Below, piece by piece: positions 39,039 through 47,826 of a stretch of 64,000 nt of DNA (position 1 is the stretch's first letter; each line of letters starts with the position of its first letter). Under the pieces are notes generated by a model, which was not told where the DNA came from, did not search any database, and saw nothing but the letters and a program-made list of their open reading frames with translations. The translations under genes were made by a program, and so were the position numbers. This DNA comes from Dehalococcoidia bacterium. GTDB taxonomy: Bacteria; Chloroflexota; Dehalococcoidia; Lucifugimonadales; VXLM01. The DNA lies in the NCBI GenBank assembly GCA_965220255.1, contig OZ244816.1, positions 1,736,491-1,800,490 of the forward strand. Reading direction: 5' to 3'.

Positions 39039-39103
39039 TCAGGCAGTCCCAATGTCAGTTCTCGACGATAGGGTACAGCGGTGCAGCGCTCCCGGTCTAC
39101 CTG

Positions 39104-39393
39104 CTGACAGGGGTATGTATTTGACCATCAATCCGGTTCCATGAATGAGAAAGGATCCCCCTCACTGTCATTCTGAGCGGAGCGGAGCGGAGTCGAAGAA
39201 TCTAAAATGACTGTCACAACGTAAAGCTGACATGGAAAATTCTTACCCGGTTTGACTATTGGTCATGATGAGAAGCGTTGCCTTGGCTGTCCGGTCTTGC
39301 GGTTATGGATTTTAGATTCCTCGCTACGCTCGGAATGACAGGGTTGCGGTGGTCGGATCGTAGCTGCAATCCCATTTTACATACCCCTGTCAG
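39104..39393. mobile_element. 290-bp MITE-like element, copy 1
   Basis: Terminal inverted repeats ctgacaggggtatgta / tacatacccctgtcag. Flanked on both sides by cggtctacctg (39093-39103 and 39394-39404). Roughly 90% identical by eye to 56395-56682. Confidence 0.7.
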
Positions 39394-39407
39394 CGGTCTA
39401 CCTGTGA

Positions 39408-39544
39408 GTGTTCAGAGATCATGGGGTGAACATCCCCCACCCCTGTGGATACCCGCCCCGTATCGTGGTACGGGGTGACGTTCTTTCGCGGGTATGACGG
39501 TGGTTGCGTGCGTTGAGTGCTCTCACGAAGTCTGAACAGTTACC
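39408..39544. repeat. Composite TIR element (GTTCAGAG ... TCTGAACAGTTAC) carrying hairpin modules
   Basis: gagtgttcagag...ggtgaacatccccc...tggatacccgccccgtatcgtggtacgggg...gggtatgacggtgg...ctctcacgaagtctgaacagttac. Confidence 0.7.
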
Positions 39545-39655
39545 AATCGCAAAGCGACGATTGACCGACCCCGAAAGACAGGACTATGATTTCGCCATCG
39601 TCCCCCGCTATCAGGTCGACCTGAACTAGGGAATCCGGAATAGGAGCGTCTCCCG

Positions 39656-41770
39656 ATGCCAGTCCCCACTCGCGACATGCCGACCATCCGAGCCACGGAG
39701 CTTGGCCCGCCTCCGGAGTGGGCGCTTCTCCAGCGTAAGCTGATGAGCACCATGGAGGAGGCGGCAGACTATTTCGTCGAGAAGTATTGTCGCTCGGACC
39801 TGAGCACGTACTACGTCCAGGACGTCGACGACATCTACGAGATCATGCACAACTGGGGGCTCTTCTACGCTCTGGGCGGGTCCGACCGGATTCTCGACTA
39901 CGCCCTCGGTTTCTGGAACGCCACAACCCGCTACTACGAGGACACCGGAGACGATGGAGGAACTCCACACCATCAGTTCTACATGCCGCAGCTCCACAAT
40001 GAGTTTTGGAACCTGAATATCCCGTACAACTCCGACTGGTTCCACATAGGTGAGGGTTCGCAGTCCTTCTACGAATTCGGACTGGCCGATCCGACCCTGG
40101 AGGAGAACATCCGCCGGGCGACGAGGTTCGCCGGTCTGTACATGGGCGAGGACCCAAACGCCCCCAACTACGATCCCAATCACCGCATCATCCGGTCGCC
40201 GTATCACGGCAGCGAAGGGCCCCTTCGACATGCGGGGAGCAAGGTCCCTCTGCTCCATTCGCTGGGCGAGACCACTGAGGACATCGAGTTTGTGAAGGCG
40301 TGGCTGGACCATCCAAACTACGGTGGTTTCCTGCATCGCTCCATCGTTCGGGACTGGGAGCGATGGGCCAAGGGCGACGGAAGCCCGGTAGGCGTCGACT
40401 CTCATCATCTCCTCTACCCGGCGATCAAGGACCTGGAACCGAAGTGGTGGGACGATCCCCGGCGACGGCGTGAAGTCGTCGAGGCGTTCGATAGGGTGGC
40501 TTTGGATGGCGATGTCCCGGAGAACCTCGGCGCCACGGCGATGGTGACGAATGCTTTCCTTTACACCGGCGAGGAAAAGTACCGGCAATGGGTGCTGGAC
40601 TATGTCGAGGCATGGCTCGATAGGACACGAAAGAACGGTGGGATCATTCCGGACAACGTCGGGCCTACCGGCAAAATCGGAGAGCATCGCAACGGCCAGT
40701 GGTGGGGTGGTGTGAAGGGTTGGGCAAGCGATCGAGGGGCTGGCAACCTCCTGCTCACCGTCGCGGTGGGAGCTGAGTGTGCCCACCTACTCACGGGCGA
40801 TACCGGCTACCTGGAGCTCATCAGGTCGCCGATCGACGCTCTACTTGCTCGTGCCAAGATTGACGAGAGCGGCGACCTCCTAATACCAATGCGTCATGGA
40901 TTCGCGCCGCGGGAGGTAGTGAAAGACACGAACGCCGAGGCACGATGGCGCGACTTCGGAAAGATGGGGATATACGAACTTTCGCACCTCTATCACGCCT
41001 CGATGAATGAAACGGACCGCAACACCATTCTGAGAATGCGTGACCACGACCCGCACCGAGACTGGAACGAAGTCGACAGCCAGCGAGACCGGAGGAGCGG
41101 CGATTCGGAGTACGGCCGATTCCAGTTCTACGACGGCAGGAATCCCGACTGGCCGCTCAAGATCCAGTATGCCGAGCTTCGTTTCGTGCTGGCGATGTTG
41201 GAGGCGATGCGACAGGACACCCGAGACGTGGAGACGATCATCCGAGACAACCACTGGCCTCCCCTGCATCCGGAGTACCCGGAGCGAAGGGACTACGGCT
41301 GCGAGGCCGCCAACCCACTCGTGGCGAAGGGCCTGACGCAGGTGACGACGGGCGCTCCGCAGAACATTTACAACGGGGGCCTCCAACGTGGAAGCGTCCG
41401 TTATTTCGACATCGACCGCGCCAGACCGGGACTGCCCCCGGACGTGGCGGCACTGGTCACCAAGCTTGGACCGGACGAAACGGGGCTGGAACTGGTCAAC
41501 GTCGGCACAACCACCATGCGCAGGTTGATCGTCCAAGCGGGCGTTTTCGGTGAGCACCAGTTCAATGAGGTGAAGGTACTCGACCGCACTGGCACCGCGT
41601 CGGTACTGGATCCTCTTGGATGGCTTTCAGAGAGCAAGACCGTCACGGAACGTGTCATGCGCGTAAATGGCGGGCACTTCGTCGTGGAGCTTCCGCCATC
41701 CACGTCGGTGAGAATCGAGGCGGGCGTGACGCGGTTCGCGAACCGTCCGAGCTATGCTCAGCCGTGGTAG
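39656..41770 (+). CDS. Hypothetical protein (704 aa), family not recognised
   Basis: Long ORF with protein-like composition (W/Y/D/E-rich). SD AGGAG 9 nt upstream of the ATG. The antisense 386-aa ORF is R/P/V-rich. Confidence 0.6.
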   Translation: MPVPTRDMPTIRATELGPPPEWALLQRKLMSTMEEAADYFVEKYCRSDLSTYYVQDVDDIYEIMHNWGLFYALGGSDRILDYALGFWNATTRYYEDTGDDGGTPHHQFYMPQLHNEFWNLNIPYNSDWFHIGEGSQSFYEFGLADPTLEENIRRATRFAGLYMGEDPNAPNYDPNHRIIRSPYHGSEGPLRHAGSKVPLLHSLGETTEDIEFVKAWLDHPNYGGFLHRSIVRDWERWAKGDGSPVGVDSHHLLYPAIKDLEPKWWDDPRRRREVVEAFDRVALDGDVPENLGATAMVTNAFLYTGEEKYRQWVLDYVEAWLDRTRKNGGIIPDNVGPTGKIGEHRNGQWWGGVKGWASDRGAGNLLLTVAVGAECAHLLTGDTGYLELIRSPIDALLARAKIDESGDLLIPMRHGFAPREVVKDTNAEARWRDFGKMGIYELSHLYHASMNETDRNTILRMRDHDPHRDWNEVDSQRDRRSGDSEYGRFQFYDGRNPDWPLKIQYAELRFVLAMLEAMRQDTRDVETIIRDNHWPPLHPEYPERRDYGCEAANPLVAKGLTQVTTGAPQNIYNGGLQRGSVRYFDIDRARPGLPPDVAALVTKLGPDETGLELVNVGTTTMRRLIVQAGVFGEHQFNEVKVLDRTGTASVLDPLGWLSESKTVTERVMRVNGGHFVVELPPSTSVRIEAGVTRFANRPSYAQPW

Positions 41771-41788
41771 CAGGGTGGCGGATCTCCG

Positions 41789-42082
41789 TCAAAATCCCGA
41801 CAGCACCTCGCGGTCGATGTCTGATATGTAGGCGTCCTCAGCCGTTGACTCGATGTAGCTGACGACGTTCGTGATGACCTCGTCCGCGTGTCGCGATGAG
41901 TTCGACACCGCCGTCAGTCCCAGCCCGGCGGTCTGCCACGAGTCGTTGAAGTCGACCTCGGCGATGGACACGTTGAACTTGTTCCTGACGCGCGCCATGA
42001 GCGAGCCGATCACGCGCCTCTTGCCCTTGAGACTGCCGTTCTCGGGCAACTGGAGGGTTATCCTTGCCGTGCCTACGTGCAT
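41789..42082 (-). CDS. DUF503 family protein
   Basis: MHVGTARITLQLPENGSLKGKRRVIGSLMARVRNKFNVSIAEVD. ATG at 42082 shares one nt with the upstream TGA. Confidence 0.75.
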   Translation of the reverse strand: MHVGTARITLQLPENGSLKGKRRVIGSLMARVRNKFNVSIAEVDFNDSWQTAGLGLTAVSNSSRHADEVITNVVSYIESTAEDAYISDIDREVLSGF

Positions 42083-42819
42083 CAGTCCTTCAGGAAGTCC
42101 CTGACTATCCGGCCCCAATTCTCCGTGAAGTCCGACTCCATGTAGTATGCGCCAACGTACTCGGTGGGCGTGAAGTCCGAGAGGTCGTACACGGGTGAGG
42201 GGTTGAACTGCACGACTCCGTCGCCCGATCGACAGACGTGGACAACCGTGTCCGAGCTCACGTCAGCACCGTCGATGAGCTGCAGCACGTCCATCCCCTG
42301 GCCGTCCGCTCGCGGGACCGCCTTCAATCGCCATGAGTGCTCTGATGCAGGCATGTCGTCCGGCGAGCACTCAAGGCGCATAGTAGAGCGGATGCTCATG
42401 ATCGACGTGCCGGCGACGAGGGTATCCGTATACATCACCCGCTCGGCGAAGCCAATCTCGAAATCGGCCCATACCTTGGGCGTGCCGTAGATCTCACGTC
42501 CCGCCGGGATGCTGGACTTGGAATTCAAGAAAGCCACCGGCGTGAACCAGCCGTCCTCACCCTCATACCTGCACGCAACGGAGAGTGCGCTCTCGTCGAA
42601 TGCGCCGTAGTTCGCCGACCACGGCACCGTCAGGCCGGTCGCCATGCACATCGGGTCATTCGGAAAATCGAAGCACTCCGGCAGTACCCGGTCGATGGCC
42701 GTCTCGGACACCCGAAAGTACACGAACTGGAACTGAGCGTTGCGGTACCGAGCGGGCGGCATCGGGAAATACGGCGAGAACGCCGGCATAGACTTGATCC
42801 GGTCAAGTGGTATTGTCAT
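42082..42819 (-). CDS. Acetoacetate decarboxylase (ADC) family protein
   Basis: PYFPMPPARYRNAQFQFVYF...GAFDESALSV...IPAGREIYGTPKVWA. SD GGAGG. Confidence 0.7.
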   Translation of the reverse strand: MTIPLDRIKSMPAFSPYFPMPPARYRNAQFQFVYFRVSETAIDRVLPECFDFPNDPMCMATGLTVPWSANYGAFDESALSVACRYEGEDGWFTPVAFLNSKSSIPAGREIYGTPKVWADFEIGFAERVMYTDTLVAGTSIMSIRSTMRLECSPDDMPASEHSWRLKAVPRADGQGMDVLQLIDGADVSSDTVVHVCRSGDGVVQFNPSPVYDLSDFTPTEYVGAYYMESDFTENWGRIVRDFLKD

Positions 42820-42864
42820 TGCGCCTCCAGAGACCGTAATTTGAATGGGTGTCGGGAATCGCGC

Positions 42865-43236
42865 TCATTGCCCTTCCACCGCGTTCTCGATTACCTCAAA
42901 CCGCAGCAGCCTGCCGTTGTGATGCAGCTCGATTGCTACGAGGTCGATACGCCAGTCATGGTACTCCACGCCGCTACATTGTAGGTAGTGCTCCGCCGAT
43001 GCGATCATGTGCGCGGCCTTGTCCGGCGTGATCGATTCTTCAGGCGCGCCAAAAGCACCGGGTCGACGTGTCCTCACCTCGACGAAGACGAGGGTATCCT
43101 CATGCTCGCACACGAGATCGATCTCACCGTGCGGCGTTCGGTGTCTCCGTTTGATGATGCGGTATCCGGCAGTCGCAAGCCGTCGAGCTGCGATCGCCTC
43201 GCCCAGCGCTCCCGTACGTTGACGCGGGGTCGTCAT
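42865..43236 (-). CDS. yraN: YraN family (UPF0102) endonuclease-like protein
   Basis: GALGEAIAARRLATAGYRIIKRRHRTPHGEIDLV...LVFVEVRTR. ATG overlaps the rnhB stop (ATGA). Confidence 0.8.
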   Translation of the reverse strand: MTTPRQRTGALGEAIAARRLATAGYRIIKRRHRTPHGEIDLVCEHEDTLVFVEVRTRRPGAFGAPEESITPDKAAHMIASAEHYLQCSGVEYHDWRIDLVAIELHHNGRLLRFEVIENAVEGQ

Positions 43237-44015
43237 CGCGAGAGGCCGGAATGACGTATCGGAGCGAACGAGTACCTGTGGACAGGGCACGGGCCGAGCT
43301 TCTCGATGCTCCGAATGTGCTCGGCGCTGCCATACCCTTTGTGATTCGCGAATCCGTAACCCGGATACTTCATGTCCAGCGCTGCCATTGTCCGGTCGCG
43401 CGTGACCTTCGCCACCACCGAGGCGGCGGCAATGGAGAGACTCAGGGCGTCGCCCTTGACGATGGCCTTCTGCGGGATATCCACGTCCGACAGCGGGAAG
43501 GCGTCGAGGAGGAGGAACTGCGGCATGAGTGCAAGAGCATCCAGGGCGCGCCGCATCGCCAGCGCCGTCGCGGGAACGATGCCCACCTCGTCGATCTCGA
43601 ACGCTGATGCCTCTCCGGTAGCCGCGCCCCAGGCGTTCTGCAGAATGGCCTCGTACGACCGCTCGCGCTGCGCTGCGGTCATGGCCTTGCTGTCTCGGAT
43701 GCCGTCCAGCCATGCGCCCTCGGGACGTGGAGGCAGGACCACCACCCCGGCGACGACCGGCCCCGCAAGGGGACCCCTTCCGACCTCGTCCATTCCGGCG
43801 ATATACGAGTATCCAAGCTCCAGGAGGGCTTCCTCCTCATCATAGGGAGCGTGGGATAGCACGTTTTCGGTCGACGACGTTCCGGACGGCAAAATTCCAC
43901 CTGCCGCTGCCGTCGTCTCAGGGACGGCGGGGCTGGAGAGAGTATACCGAAGCACCGGCAAAAGTGGCGCGCTAAGCTCAAATGGGTAATTGTTCAGCTT
44001 TGATGAGGCGAACAC
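43233..44015 (-). CDS. rnhB: Ribonuclease HII
   Basis: IAGMDEVGRGPLAGPVVAGVVVL, DSKAMTAAQRE. The 5' end is uncertain. The GTG at 44015 lies inside a repeat element. TTG at 43889 (after AGGTGGA) or GTG at 43862 are alternatives. Confidence 0.85.
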   Translation of the reverse strand: MFASSKLNNYPFELSAPLLPVLRYTLSSPAVPETTAAAGGILPSGTSSTENVLSHAPYDEEEALLELGYSYIAGMDEVGRGPLAGPVVAGVVVLPPRPEGAWLDGIRDSKAMTAAQRERSYEAILQNAWGAATGEASAFEIDEVGIVPATALAMRRALDALALMPQFLLLDAFPLSDVDIPQKAIVKGDALSLSIAAASVVAKVTRDRTMAALDMKYPGYGFANHKGYGSAEHIRSIEKLGPCPVHRYSFAPIRHSGLSR

Positions 44016-44100
44016 CCCTTACCCCTGTGGATACCCGCTTTCGCGGGTATGACGGTGGCTGTGTATACGTCGAGGGATCTCACGAAGTCTGAACAGTTAC
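43986..44100. repeat. Composite TIR element copy
   Basis: gtaattgttcag...gcgaacacccc...tggatacccgctttcgcgggtatgacggtgg...tctcacgaagtctgaacagttac. Confidence 0.7.
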
Positions 44101-44248
44101 CCAAGCGAGTGTCCAAAAGGAATGCCGTTCGCCCCCGTATCAAGAATGGAGCAAGTACTGGGCCTGTCGAAGGGTGAATCTTCAAGTCACTATTCATGGT
44201 TCGACAAGCTCACCACGAACGGTTGTAATCAGGTCGCTTGATAGCTCG

Positions 44249-45340
44249 CTATGCAGCAGCCGGCGAATCAACCTCGATGATTCCGCCGCCGACGAGCTCT
44301 TCGTCTCGATAGAACACGACTGCCTGACCCGGCGTGATTGCCCTCTGCGGCTGGTCAAAGATGATTTCAGCGTATCCATCGTGCACGGTGACCGTGGCGG
44401 GCGCTTCCGACGCCTTGTACCTGATCTTCGCCGTCACATTCAGCGACTCACCGTTCGCCGTTCCGGAAGGGAAGTTGATCCTTGAGGCCCACATTTGTGA
44501 ACGGTACAGGTCGTCCTTGCCGCCCAGGGTCACCCGGTTCGACGCAGGGTCGATCTTCACGACGTACCTCGGCTCTCCCGACCCTCCGTCCAGCCCAAGA
44601 CCGCGGCGCTGGCCGATGGTGAAGAACTGCACACCGGGATGCTGTCCCAAGACCTCGCCATCGAGGTCTACCAAATCACCTGCCTGTGGCCGCGTCCTGT
44701 CGGCCAGGAATGCCCGGTAGTTGTCGTCGGGAATGAAGCATATCTCCTGGCTGTCCGGCTTGTCGGCTACTGGGAGGCCCGCCTCCGCGGCCATCTCCCG
44801 GATCTCCGACTTGGGGTACTCGCCGACCGGAAACAGCAATCGGCCCAGTTCCGGCTGGGTCAGCATGAACAGCACGTACGACTGGTCCTTGCTTGGGTCA
44901 GCACCCTTGAGCAAACGATACGATGCCCCACCGTTCCTGATGCGGGCGTAGTGACCCGTCGCGATATAGTCCGCATCCAGGAACATGGCGCGACGGAGCA
45001 GGAAGTCGAACTTGATCTTGTCGTTGCAGGCCAGACACGGATGCGGTGTCCGGCCACGGTCATACTCCTCGATGAAGTAGTCCACGACGTGCGACTGGAA
45101 CTCGCGCTCGAAGTTCTGGACGTAGTGCGGAACTCCAATCGTCTGGCACACGCGACGCGCGTCCTGCACGTCCTCGACCGAGCAGCAACGCTTGCTGTGG
45201 GCCGGAACGTCGTCCCGCTCTTCCGTCCACAACCGCATGGTAACGCCAATGACTTCATACCCCTGCCGGTGCAGGAGCAGGGCCGCAACGGAGGAATCAA
45301 CGCCTCCGCTCATTGCGACTATTACTCGTCCCTTGCCCAT
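44249..45340 (-). CDS. mnmA: tRNA 2-thiouridine(34) synthase MnmA
   Basis: PP-loop VAMSGGVDSSVAA. CCS...C pattern. C-terminal barrel. Confidence 0.9.
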   Translation of the reverse strand: MGKGRVIVAMSGGVDSSVAALLLHRQGYEVIGVTMRLWTEERDDVPAHSKRCCSVEDVQDARRVCQTIGVPHYVQNFEREFQSHVVDYFIEEYDRGRTPHPCLACNDKIKFDFLLRRAMFLDADYIATGHYARIRNGGASYRLLKGADPSKDQSYVLFMLTQPELGRLLFPVGEYPKSEIREMAAEAGLPVADKPDSQEICFIPDDNYRAFLADRTRPQAGDLVDLDGEVLGQHPGVQFFTIGQRRGLGLDGGSGEPRYVVKIDPASNRVTLGGKDDLYRSQMWASRINFPSGTANGESLNVTAKIRYKASEAPATVTVHDGYAEIIFDQPQRAITPGQAVVFYRDEELVGGGIIEVDSPAAA

Positions 45341-45510
45341 ACGATGTCAGCCTTGTAGGTTGGACTCTCCCCACTGGATCACGACTGCGCGCAGGTCGGC
45401 AAGAAGAACGGGGGGAGTAAATCAGAGGAGGCACCCGAAACGGCACTTCCAGCCTAGGATTCCATTTTAGCCCCGGCAGACCAGGCCGGGCAATATAATC
45501 TCCCCGGACG

Positions 45511-45672
45511 TGAGTGTTTAGAGTAGGTGGGGTGAACAACCCTCACCCCCTGCCTACGCAGGGGCAGGCTCTAGCCCTCTCCCGTGAACGGGAGAGGGGA
45601 TTGGATTCCCGCCTTCGCCGGAATGACGGTGGCTGTGTGTGTTGGGTGCTCTCACGAAGTCTAAACATTTAC
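45511..45672. repeat. Composite TIR element copy with three hairpin modules
   Basis: tgagtgtttagag...ggtgaacaaccctcaccccctgcctacgcaggggcagg...ccctctcccgtgaacgggagagggg...tggattcccgccttcgccggaatgacggtgg...ctctcacgaagtctaaacatttac. Confidence 0.75.
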
Positions 45673-45745
45673 TCGCCGTCTTGAGGTCCCTTCTTGGGCC
45701 CGCCTGCGGCGAATTTGGAACGCCGTTCACGCTACTGCGATGCAG

Positions 45746-46144
45746 CTATACCAATGAAGCTTTGTCGACGAGGGTTTCCGCCTTATTGCGGTCGTCGGCG
45801 GAAACCGATAGGGCAACGATGGTGTGGCCCTCCTTGCGGTCGACGATGTGCAGGCTCTGTATGTTGATTCCCGCGTCCTTGAATCTCTCGGCCAGTCGTG
45901 CCAGCGATCCCGGCTCATCCCGCAGCCGGAGCACCAGCGAATCGTCGGACAGCGCCTTGAAGCCCGCGTTCGTAAGGGCTCGAATTGCCTCGTCGTATGC
46001 GTCGGTGGTCAGGGTAATGGCGCCGGTCTCGTCGATTCCCTCGGCGCTGATGGTCTCGATATTGATCCCCTCGTCTGCCAGAGTCCTGCTGATGTCGGCA
46101 ATGACTCCCACCTCGTTCTTGGCCATAATGATGATTCTGTTCAT
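45746..46144 (-). CDS. Tandem ACT domain protein
   Basis: 132 aa. IIMAKNEVGVIADISRTLADEGINIETI and LRLRDEPGSLARLAERFKDAGINIQSL. SD GGAGGA. Starts 17 nt after the hdc stop. Confidence 0.75.
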   Translation of the reverse strand: MNRIIIMAKNEVGVIADISRTLADEGINIETISAEGIDETGAITLTTDAYDEAIRALTNAGFKALSDDSLVLRLRDEPGSLARLAERFKDAGINIQSLHIVDRKEGHTIVALSVSADDRNKAETLVDKASLV

Positions 46145-46161
46145 CCTGCCGTCCTCCGGTC

Positions 46162-47271
46162 TTACTCAGGGTGGCGCAGGCAGTCGTCGACCACCTCGTC
46201 TACCGTTTCGCGCGTCACATGGGGCATTGTAATCAGGTGAGCGATGCCCTCGTAGGGGGCGAGCTGCCATTTCCGTACCACTTCATCCGATGGTTTGGGG
46301 AATACCACCGTCACCGAGTTCTTGTTCCTCCAGGCATCCATGCCGCTGTCATTGAACCGCGCGACCGCGTAGTCCGCCACTTCCAGGCACCCAGCCACCG
46401 CCTCCCGGAATCCTTCGATCCCGCGTTCGCGAAGAGCGTACCACATCATGAGCGGCGTTAGGGCGCTGCGCGACCCCGTTAGCGTGGTATCCAGCACTCC
46501 GACGTACTCGATCGACCGCGCTATCCGCGAGACGTACTCGCGCTTCGTCAGAGCCACGCCGCAGGGAAGGGGAGCCCCGATCATCTTGTGCCCACTGATA
46601 GCGACGCTGTCGAATCCTGCGTCGAACCCAAACGGCTGCGGATCGTCTACGAACGGCAAGATCATTCCGCTCAGCGCCGCGTCGGCGTGGATGTAGGCGT
46701 TAGATACTGCCAGATCGTCCAGAATCTCCCGTACCTTGCTCACGTCGTCCACGGCGCCCTTCATCGTCGTTCCGATGTTCGCCATGAATATGACCGGCAC
46801 GTCGCGATTGATCCGGATCGTCTCGTGGAGGTCGTCGTAGTCGATCTCACCGTTTCCCTGGCTCTTTATCATGATGTTCCGTGCCTTCAACAGACGGAGG
46901 ATCTTCACCACGCTGTAATGGGTGTCCTGTGAGAAATACACGACCCCTTCCGGGTACGATTCCCGCCCCATGTACAGTCCGTACATGTTCCCCTCGGTGC
47001 CGCCCGACGTCACGTACCCCCAGGCATCGTCCCGAGGCAGGTGCATCAGGTCGGAAAAGAACCCCACGACCTCGCGCTCCATCTCGTGCGTGTTGCTCTG
47101 GAAGTTGCTGTCGTGGAAGGGGTCTCCCACGTTGTTGGCCGAAAAACGCAGGAATGGGAGCAGAGCCGAGTAGTCAAAGTCCTGGTTGCAGGGATACCCC
47201 ACAAGCCGGGATCCCAACTCCTCGAACTCTCGCAGCAGAGAGTCAAGGCGCTCTTGTGTATCGGCGTTCAC
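46162..47271 (-). CDS. hdc: PLP-dependent histidine decarboxylase (group II decarboxylase, Gram-negative HDC type)
   Basis: GYP...DFDYS...FLRFS.NN.GD, WGYVTSGGTEGNMYG, YFSQDTHYSV, HADAALSGMILPFV, SGHKMIGAPLPCG (PLP Lys). Closely parallels enterobacterial HDC as I recall it. GTG start with SD GGAGAG. Confidence 0.8.
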   Translation of the reverse strand: MNADTQERLDSLLREFEELGSRLVGYPCNQDFDYSALLPFLRFSANNVGDPFHDSNFQSNTHEMEREVVGFFSDLMHLPRDDAWGYVTSGGTEGNMYGLYMGRESYPEGVVYFSQDTHYSVVKILRLLKARNIMIKSQGNGEIDYDDLHETIRINRDVPVIFMANIGTTMKGAVDDVSKVREILDDLAVSNAYIHADAALSGMILPFVDDPQPFGFDAGFDSVAISGHKMIGAPLPCGVALTKREYVSRIARSIEYVGVLDTTLTGSRSALTPLMMWYALRERGIEGFREAVAGCLEVADYAVARFNDSGMDAWRNKNSVTVVFPKPSDEVVRKWQLAPYEGIAHLITMPHVTRETVDEVVDDCLRHPE

Positions 47272-47429
47272 CTAAGCACTCTCCGGCAGGTTGAGGGTGT
47301 TTTTAACATTATCGTTACTCCGCCCCAAGTCGTCATCCATATCAGAGTGTACGCCAAACTTCTCAAATCGTCATTTCCACCATGCGTCATTCTTGGGGAG
47401 GCGGACCTATGAGAGACTTACGTTTCAGT

Positions 47430-47561
47430 CTGTCATTCCGAGCGCTGCGAGGAATCTAAGGTGGCCTGCCGTCCTTGTTTGAACCGTTCATCTACGGAAC
47501 TTCCCTTGAATAGCGATGATCCTAGATTCCTCATTCCGCTCCGCTTCATTCGGAATGACAG
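47430..47561. repeat. Inverted pair of CTGTCATTCCGAG...GAGGAATCTA arms (MITE-like hairpin)
   Basis: ctgtcattccgagcgctgcgaggaatctaagg ... cctagattcctcattccgctccgcttcattcggaatgacag. Confidence 0.75.
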
Positions 47562-47642
47562 GCAACGGGGTAACGCAAAGGTCTCCGGAAGCGCGAGTCC
47601 GTTTGTTCGGCGTCCTTTGCACACTCTGTAGGGAGTCCTTGC

Positions 47643-47826
47643 AGGGCAATCGCATCTAAATTTCCAGGTATGGTCCAGCTACAAGGCATCACCGTGGCAC
47701 CTCCACTGGGATGCTTTGGATAATGTTCTGGACTCAGTCTCACCTGCGAATACCAGAGGAAAAGACCTACCAGAGGCGTTTTGCGGCTTATTCCGATCAT
47801 GCGTTCCGTTTAGATGCGATTGCCCT
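47643..47826. mobile_element. 184-bp element with perfect 18-bp terminal inverted repeats and 12-bp direct flanks (MITE or invertible segment)
   Basis: IR-L agggcaatcgcatctaaa (47643-47660) and IR-R tttagatgcgattgccct (47809-47826). Direct repeats gggagtccttgc at 47631-47642 and 47827-47838. Confidence 0.6.

Noticed and set aside
39278-39478. Small ORFs inside repeats (39278-39478, 56550-56777, 47291-47482, 43994-44197, 8733-8930)
   Set aside because: Their conserved peptide strings (e.g. LAVMDFRFLA.LGMTG, VIPSAARNL, VIPAKAGIH) are translations of the repeat DNA. They occur in varying frames and contexts.
39090-39550. Possible CRISPR array, given the many short palindromic repeats (also 19440-19560, 45500-45680, 56300-56740)
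   Set aside because: The repeats belong to several different families, are not regularly spaced, lack uniform spacers and are scattered. No cas genes are present.
39626-40786. 386-aa minus-strand ORF antisense to the 704-aa gene
   Set aside because: It is shorter than the sense ORF, has an R/V/P-rich low-complexity composition, and has no SD. The plus-strand ORF has an SD and protein-like composition.
43237-43713. 5' extension of the YraN ORF (282-aa version)
   Set aside because: The extension overlaps the rnhB coding sequence. The ATG at 43236 overlaps the rnhB stop (ATGA) and yields a typical 123-aa YraN.
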